A DNA stretch of 64,000 nt from Polyangiaceae bacterium (GTDB lineage: Bacteria; Myxococcota_A; Polyangia; Polyangiales; Polyangiaceae), in assembly GCA_044376115.1 (NCBI GenBank), contig JBILLK010000005.1:160001-224000 (forward strand), in the 5' to 3' direction. The translations under genes and the position numbers were made by a program. The notes beneath the pieces were generated by a model. That model was not told where the DNA came from. It did no database searches and saw only the letters and a list, made by a program, of their open reading frames with translations. Positions within the stretch are counted from its first letter, which is position 1; the number at the start of each line of letters is the position of its first letter. This document shows positions 58,484 to 64,000 of the stretch, one piece after another.

Positions 58484-58830
58484 GGGGGTGACCGGTTTCG
58501 ACGTGGGGATGGATGATGCATTCGCGTGTGGCGGCTCCTGCTCCGCCTTACTAAGCGGGACGTTATAAGTGCGAACGACAACGACACCATTGCACTAGCG
58601 GCCTAAAAACCACGTGCAGATCCGCGGGCCAGATCGTCCTGGTAGCCCAAGGGTCAAACCACTAGGGCTGGATCGCGTGAGGAAGCTCTCAATAGCGCGG
58701 TCGACTTAGCGAGAGATAGGTCGCGACCGAATTCGCGAACTCAGTCGTCGGGGATACGGCGACTACGCACGTGAACGAGAATGCATTTGATACCTCGCGG
58801 ACGCGGGTTCGATTCCCGCCGCCTCCACCA
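58484..58830 (+). ncRNA. ssrA: tmRNA; tag ORF (A)ANDNDTIALAA at 58571-58606
   Basis: 5' GGGGGTG...GGTTTCGAC; 3' GCGGGTTCGATTCCCGCCGCCTCCACCA with G3:U pair; resume context ATAAGT-GCG. Confidence 0.97.
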
Positions 58831-58920
58831 TTTTTCTTCTGTGATTACGGATAGCTAGAGCATATGGGGCGCGATTCGCTGGCAGAATCGCGCAGCTGTG
58901 CAGCTCAGAAAGCTCGGCGA

Positions 58921-59217
58921 TCAACGAGCGGGCGTCGCACACGGCTGTACGACGCCAATCGTGTCGCTGAGCTGCGCTCCCAATAGACAAGCGCGCTCCA
59001 CCGCCGTGACGATGGATGGCAACGCCTCTTGCAGGCTTGAGGGGTTCTCGGAAGTTGCCACCAAGAAGAGCTGAATGGCCGTTAGGGTGCTATTGAGCTC
59101 GTGAAGCGTGTGTGCAGCTCTCGCTAGGGGGGCGCTTGTCGCTAACTCCGCACTATCAAGCGCGTTCAAAGGTGAACTCGCGTCTTGATTGAAGTTTGAC
59201 GGCAGGATTGCATCCAT
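58921..59217 (-). pseudogene. HisKA-like fragment or mini-protein
   Basis: AAHTLHELNSTLTAIQLFL resembles an H-box; no HATPase domain follows. Confidence 0.4.
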
Positions 59218-59418
59218 CGTCTTGAGCTGAGCAGCATCCGTGCCGCTTTCAGATCCGCGTTCTCCGTTGGTTTTGTGCCGAGGAGATGCAGCAACTGCGC
59301 GAATCGGAACGGATTGCGCGCCGCCCGATGTGACGCCATCCCGGGCTAGTGGGGTTAAGCTTTCGGCCTCGGGGCCCGTTTCTCGACCAGCAGGTATCGT
59401 CTGCCACGCGAGAAGCCC

Positions 59419-59690
59419 ATGCATTCAATTGTCCCCGGCGCTCCCATCCACCGCCCAAGTCAGAGTCCCTCTGAAACGCACGGGCGCTTCCACGAACTGC
59501 AAGGTCTTTACGCCGCAATCCACGCGAGCCACGCGCTTGTCGAGTTTGCTCCAACTGGCGAAGTGCTCGGGGCCAACGCGAACTTCCTCCGCATCTTCGG
59601 CTACACGGTCGAGGAAGCACGAGAGCTGCACTACCGCGCGCTCTACAGCGCCTGCGAGCGCCGCGGACAATGGCGGCAATGCGTTACCGG
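59419..59690 (+). pseudogene. truncated PAS domain of a PAS-MCP chemoreceptor
   Basis: AAIHASHALVEFAPTGEVLGANANFLRIFGYTVEE...HYR, after which similarity stops. Confidence 0.6.
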
Positions 59691-59698
59691 TTGCGCGG

Positions 59699-60118
59699 AT
59701 GCTGACCTACGACATCGGTTTTGAGGTGGCGACCCCGATAGAGCAGTTGGTGGAGATCCTGCCATGGAACGACAACACCGCGATGCTTGGGGGGAGCTAC
59801 GGCTCACCAGGCCTCGTGATGACTCGTGGACGTGCTATCCCCGCATTTAGTCTTACCGCATTACTTGGGCAACCCGAGCTCGATCGGACCGAGACGGCAA
59901 GCGTGTTAGTGGTTGACTCGCATGGCGAACAGGTTGGCTTTACGGTATCCAAGCTAATCAACATTGATTCCGCGCGCTGGGCGCCATCGGAGAACGCCAA
60001 TTGCCAAGCAGCTGGTGCCAAGTTCTTCGAGCGATGGGAACCCATTCGCGTGGGAGAGCCAGGCAAAGAGCGGCTCATTAGTCTGCTCGATCTCCAAAAG
60101 CTGGCCGCGTTTATGTAG
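59699..60118 (+). pseudogene. CheW-like domain, probably the 3' part of a larger gene
   Basis: VATPIEQLVEILP...GLVMTRGRAIPAFSLTALLG...VLVVDSHGEQVGFTVSKL...LLDL. Confidence 0.6.
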
Positions 60119-60163
60119 GTACGGCGGGCCGACTCGAGGATTCTGAAGTCGGCGCGGTTTAGA

Positions 60164-61633
60164 CTACTTGCGCGGAGCCGCGGTTGCCGATGGGTTGGAC
60201 TTCAACTCCGCCAGGCGGCGAGATGCATCTTGGGCGCACTTGAGATTGCTCTCTTGCTGACAGAGCCCCATCAGCATCCGCAGCTCAGCTGGGGAAAGCG
60301 TATTGAAGCGGCCCATCAACTCCCCCATCTTATCTCGGGGCTTCTCGAGTGCCTGCCGATCGATCGTGCCCGACGGGCGGCTCGTCGCACTGGCCGTTGG
60401 CCTTGGGAGAAGGTTGGGGCGGAAGGTCGTCGGCAAAGGAGAGTTGGGTTTCAGCTCCTTCGGATCCTCCGGTACCTCAACGCCAACGTCTCTTAGCTTG
60501 TTTGAGGCCTTTCGGCGTCGGCCCTCATCAACCGTGGGGGTGGTCGCAATCTTCCACAGAAGTTCGGCTTGGCGCGTCGGATCATCGGAACTCTCAGCCC
60601 GCTTGAACAGCGCATCCGCCCAAGCTCCCTCAATCTCTGAAACGGCAGTCTCTTTCAGCGTTGGTGAGTCTGGAGAGATCTTTGCGATCTGTTCATGTGC
60701 CGCGTCGAGGTCTCCTTTATCCCTAAGAGATTTTGCTTCCTCAAGCAGCTGAAGATCTGGCGAGAGTTCAGTTGAGTTTTGTGCGGAAGGCGCACCAGTG
60801 TCGGAGTCGTCTTTCGTCGCGACGTAGGCAGCCGCTGCTCCCACGCCAACGATACCAAGCAGAGCTCCGACTCCCACCAGGGTCAGAATGCTCGACGAGC
60901 CGGTTGGCTTCTTGTTGTTAGGGTCGAAGCCGGTGACGGCTGGCAGCGCCTGGCTGCGGTCAAACCCGGCGCGAAAGATTTTGCCTGCCCCAACGAACCG
61001 CAAGCGTACATCCCCAAGCTCAAGCGCGTCTCCGGCCTCGATAAAGCCGCGCCGCACCTCTTGCCCGTTGATTCGAATGCCGTTGGCAGAACCCTTATCG
61101 ATGATCTCGAAACGTCCATTGCCAACCGAGAAGAGTTCCGCGTGAAAACGGCTAACCGAACTGTGGTTGACCGAGACATTGGCGTCCTCTGACCGCCCCA
61201 TCGTGAAGTGCTCTCGGTCGAGAAAGAATTCTTGCCCAGGTTGCGGGCCAACCACGACTACCAGGCGGTCGGGGCGCTGGTGTTGAGCCAGCGCTGGTGT
61301 CGACGCCGCCGTGGCCGCCGCGGGTTGTGGGGGAGCGACCCGCCCTTCATCAATAAACTCGAGCCGATAATCTCCAAGCTGGAGGATGTCGCCGTGGCCG
61401 ACGTGTTGTTCACCAGCGACTCGGAGCCCATTGATAAAGGTCCCGTTGTAGCTATCGAGATCTTGAACAACCCAGCCATCGCCGCTTTGCTTCAAAGAAG
61501 CATGACGACGCGAGATGTTGCGTTCTGTTAGTCGGATCTCGTTCGCCTCTTCACGTCCGATTCCGTAAAGCGCTTGGACGAGTGGCAGATTGATCTGCTT
61601 TTGCTCGTCGTCCTCGATCGTAAGCTTCCACAT
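60164..61633 (-). CDS. tandem-FHA membrane protein
   Basis: Two FHA domains (IGR...NISRRHA...SYNGT; MGR...SVSRFHA...SANG), a TM helix and a helical C-terminus. Confidence 0.9.
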   Translation of the reverse strand: MWKLTIEDDEQKQINLPLVQALYGIGREEANEIRLTERNISRRHASLKQSGDGWVVQDLDSYNGTFINGLRVAGEQHVGHGDILQLGDYRLEFIDEGRVAPPQPAAATAASTPALAQHQRPDRLVVVVGPQPGQEFFLDREHFTMGRSEDANVSVNHSSVSRFHAELFSVGNGRFEIIDKGSANGIRINGQEVRRGFIEAGDALELGDVRLRFVGAGKIFRAGFDRSQALPAVTGFDPNNKKPTGSSSILTLVGVGALLGIVGVGAAAAYVATKDDSDTGAPSAQNSTELSPDLQLLEEAKSLRDKGDLDAAHEQIAKISPDSPTLKETAVSEIEGAWADALFKRAESSDDPTRQAELLWKIATTPTVDEGRRRKASNKLRDVGVEVPEDPKELKPNSPLPTTFRPNLLPRPTASATSRPSGTIDRQALEKPRDKMGELMGRFNTLSPAELRMLMGLCQQESNLKCAQDASRRLAELKSNPSATAAPRK

Positions 61634-61722
61634 GGAACCGGCAGCCGTGGCGGTGAACGCCGAATACTAGCGGCGCCTGTTTGGAGTTTCAACGAGACAA
61701 CGGTGTGCGCGAGCGTGGACCC

Positions 61723-62409
61723 TCAGTTCCCGCTGGATACTGGACGGAAGGGATGAAGAAATGACGCGAGGGCAGCGGGATTCCGGGTCTGCATCCACAA
61801 TCGACCTTGCCCTGAAAATTCACAGACTAGCCCTTCGCCCGAAAAGAAAAGGCTCTTGAGTCCACCAAGTTTTCGTACTTGGTAAGCGAGCCCCGAGGTG
61901 AAGGCCACCATGTGCGAGTTGTCGCAAATGTAGCCAGGATATTGACTACCGATATCAATGGCATGCAGGCCGCCGTAAGTGGAAAACCAAAGCTGGCCTT
62001 GTCCATAGGCTCTGAGCAGAAACAACCCACCAGAAAAGAACCCCTTCGCTCCTTGCCACTTCGTGTCGAGCACGACACCTGGAGTCGACGCAAGGTAGGC
62101 GCCTGATTGCACGAAGAGTTCGACTCCTGGCTGCAGCGTGACCGATTCGACGGTCCCCTCTGCCGCGGGGGCGATCCAAACGGATTGGCCGGGCATGGTG
62201 CCGGTGAACGTGTTCTGGAACAGGCTTTCACCGCCCAGCAGTTTGCGCTTCAACGCACCGCCAAATCCTCCTTGGAGGTTCGTTCGCATTTGCACGGCGG
62301 TGTCTCGCGCAACCATCGCGCCGGCCTCGCTCGAGATCTCCTCGCCAGGTTGCTCGAAGCGAACCCGCAGAACGCCGAAGTCAGGGTTATGCAGAATTTC
62401 GGTGTGCAC
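61723..62409 (-). CDS. AIM24/TIGR00266 family protein
   Basis: EAGAMV, GGESLFQN, GEGLVCEFSGQGRLWMQTRN. Confidence 0.9.
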   Translation of the reverse strand: MHTEILHNPDFGVLRVRFEQPGEEISSEAGAMVARDTAVQMRTNLQGGFGGALKRKLLGGESLFQNTFTGTMPGQSVWIAPAAEGTVESVTLQPGVELFVQSGAYLASTPGVVLDTKWQGAKGFFSGGLFLLRAYGQGQLWFSTYGGLHAIDIGSQYPGYICDNSHMVAFTSGLAYQVRKLGGLKSLFFSGEGLVCEFSGQGRLWMQTRNPAALASFLHPFRPVSSGN

Positions 62410-62414
62410 GATGT

Positions 62415-63080
62415 CTATCCTCGCGGCGGGAGCATTGCGCCCATCGCTTGTCCGTATTCGCCAGCGTTGCGGGATTGGATGTAAACCACGCCCTGCCCTT
62501 GGAAGGTGCAGACCAGCCCCTCACCGGACAGCAGCGATGCGATCCATCCCGCGCCGCTCTTGCCAACCTCATACGTCAGGGTCGATTCCCAAGCCACGAT
62601 GTGGCCAGTGTCGATCACCATACTCCCATCCACGTGAATGGCTTCGATCGCTCCAAATCCCCCGAGCACGAGTTGCCCGTGCCCCGAGGACTCAAGCACG
62701 AAGAAACCTGCGCCGCCGAAGAAGCCTTTGAAACCGCCAGAGCGGGTCGCAACGTTTACCGAGGGAGCGCAGGCAACGTAGGCGCTGTTTTGGATGCACC
62801 AGTTCTTTGCACCACACTCAACGACCGCCATGTCGCCACACAATGGCGTCGCAAACAGCACTTCCGCTTGTCCGCCCTGCGCAACGAAGGTGTTCCGGAA
62901 GAACGATTCCCCGCCAAACATTCGTTTGAGCCCACTTACGATTCCTCCCGCTTGGGTCTGCATCACCACGTTGGGCGTCATCCCAACCATCGCTCCGCTC
63001 TCTGCCGTAATGGCTTCCCCAGGGGCGAGCCAGACCTGCGCGATGGCCTGAGATGGTCGGTGAAGGAGGTTGATCTGCAT
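62415..63080 (-). CDS. AIM24/TIGR00266 family protein
   Basis: AESGAMV, GGESFFRN, IDTGHIVAW, GEGLVCTFQGQGVVYIQSRN. Confidence 0.9.
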   Translation of the reverse strand: MQINLLHRPSQAIAQVWLAPGEAITAESGAMVGMTPNVVMQTQAGGIVSGLKRMFGGESFFRNTFVAQGGQAEVLFATPLCGDMAVVECGAKNWCIQNSAYVACAPSVNVATRSGGFKGFFGGAGFFVLESSGHGQLVLGGFGAIEAIHVDGSMVIDTGHIVAWESTLTYEVGKSGAGWIASLLSGEGLVCTFQGQGVVYIQSRNAGEYGQAMGAMLPPRG

Positions 63081-63089
63081 GATCCGCTG

Positions 63090-63785
63090 TTAGGGAAGGA
63101 GTCTGGAAACCCAGTCGACGAGCGAATTGGTGTTGCGTGATTGAATGAACACTCGGCCTTGGCCGGTAAACTCGCACACGAGGCCTTCGCCCGAAGCGAT
63201 GAACCCCATCAAACCACCACCGGGAGTCTTGATAGAAAAATCGAGGGACGTGTCGAACGCGACGAGGTGTCCGTTGTCGACCACATACGAGCCGTTCACC
63301 CAGATCTCATCAACGGCGCCGTAGCTTGAGACCCACACTTCTCCTGGTCCCGAGGCCTCAACAAAGAACAGCCCCTCTTTGGAGAAGATGGCGCGCAGTC
63401 CACCCCAGCGCATCTTGAGATCAATCTCACCAGTGCAGGCAATGAAGGCTCCTGCCGTAAGGGTGACCCTCTGGCCCGCAGCGAGCGGAAGATGAACGAT
63501 CGAACCAGAGAGTGCAGGCGCGAGCCAAACCCACCCTCCCCCTGGCGAAGAGAAGTGGTTGACGAAGAAGGTGTCTCCGCCGACGAGCTTGCGCACAAGC
63601 GCAATCATTATGGCCTTTAGCTTGCCGAAAAAGCCGGCTCGCGCTCCAGCGTTCAACCGAACGTCCATCGCCAAGGTCGTCGAGCGCGCGACCATGGTTC
63701 CCGCTTCCGCAATGACTACCTCGTTGGGCGCCAGATTCACCTGCAAGAGCGGAAACGAGGGTTGGTGCTTGATCAGGTGCTGCAT
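63090..63785 (-). CDS. AIM24/TIGR00266 family protein
   Basis: AEAGTMV, GGDTFFVN, VDNGHLVAF, GEGLVCEFTGQGRVFIQSRN. Confidence 0.9.
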   Translation of the reverse strand: MQHLIKHQPSFPLLQVNLAPNEVVIAEAGTMVARSTTLAMDVRLNAGARAGFFGKLKAIMIALVRKLVGGDTFFVNHFSSPGGGWVWLAPALSGSIVHLPLAAGQRVTLTAGAFIACTGEIDLKMRWGGLRAIFSKEGLFFVEASGPGEVWVSSYGAVDEIWVNGSYVVDNGHLVAFDTSLDFSIKTPGGGLMGFIASGEGLVCEFTGQGRVFIQSRNTNSLVDWVSRLLP

Positions 63786-64000
63786 GGGGCAGGTCGCGTT
63801 GGTCTAGTAAACTTCGATGCTCGTGAGAACGTGAAAGTGACTCGTGCAAGCGGCCTAGGGCTCAGCGCCGACGGAACAGCATCATCAGGAGCGAAAGTAG
63901 GGCCGTGCCCCCACCAGCGAACATCAGCTGTCGCGCGAGTTCTACATGCCCTGCGATGAACAGTTGAACCGAGAATGCGCCGAGAGCGATCGCAAAGAGA

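Noticed and set aside
59240..60118. 292-aa ORF as a single intact gene
   Set aside because: Only the part from about 59699 looks protein-like (CheW); the 5' part overlaps the PAS fragment in another frame
1..64000. CRISPR arrays, IS elements, integrases, prophage genes
   Set aside because: No regularly spaced repeats or recognisable transposase, integrase or phage proteins were seen by eye

Overview
A gene-dense, GC-rich bacterial window. Its gene content (TIGR02266-like domain, Cys/Gly-rich lipoproteins, FHA proteins, Ser/Thr kinase, FGE-sulfatase and DUF1552 proteins) points to a myxobacterium, probably Polyangiales/Sorangiineae-like; this taxonomy is an inference. Housekeeping genes are murF, murD, gltA, tal, an HU-family protein, ate/bpt, a YggX-like protein, tRNA-Leu(CAA) and tmRNA (tag ANDNDTIALAA). 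Accessory systems: (1) a splicease-like radical SAM/SPASM gene divergent from a small, apparently leaderless Zn-ribbon/lipobox/Gly-rich protein with two [E/D]YGVP motifs, followed by an L,D-transpeptidase. This is the best candidate for a new RiPP-like lipoprotein-modification system. (2) An NfeD/YqiJ + mini-SPFH + flotillin + giant AAA+ ('DNA repair ATPase'/DUF3686-like) operon, in which the ATPase carries an extra Gln-rich coiled coil and a TIGR02266/PilZ-like tail. (3) A two-gene signalling pair in which every phosphorelay residue and the GGDEF site are degenerate but the EAL domain is intact. (4) A DUF4150-Rhs polymorphic toxin with a TNT/ART-like tip and an immunity gene, plus a separate candidate adaptor-effector-immunity trio. 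(5) A VIT-vWA + ECF sigma operon with a candidate ECF promoter. (6) Chemotaxis/kinase gene debris downstream of tmRNA. No CRISPR array, transposase or integrase was seen. All family assignments come from motif recognition by eye, not from database searches.
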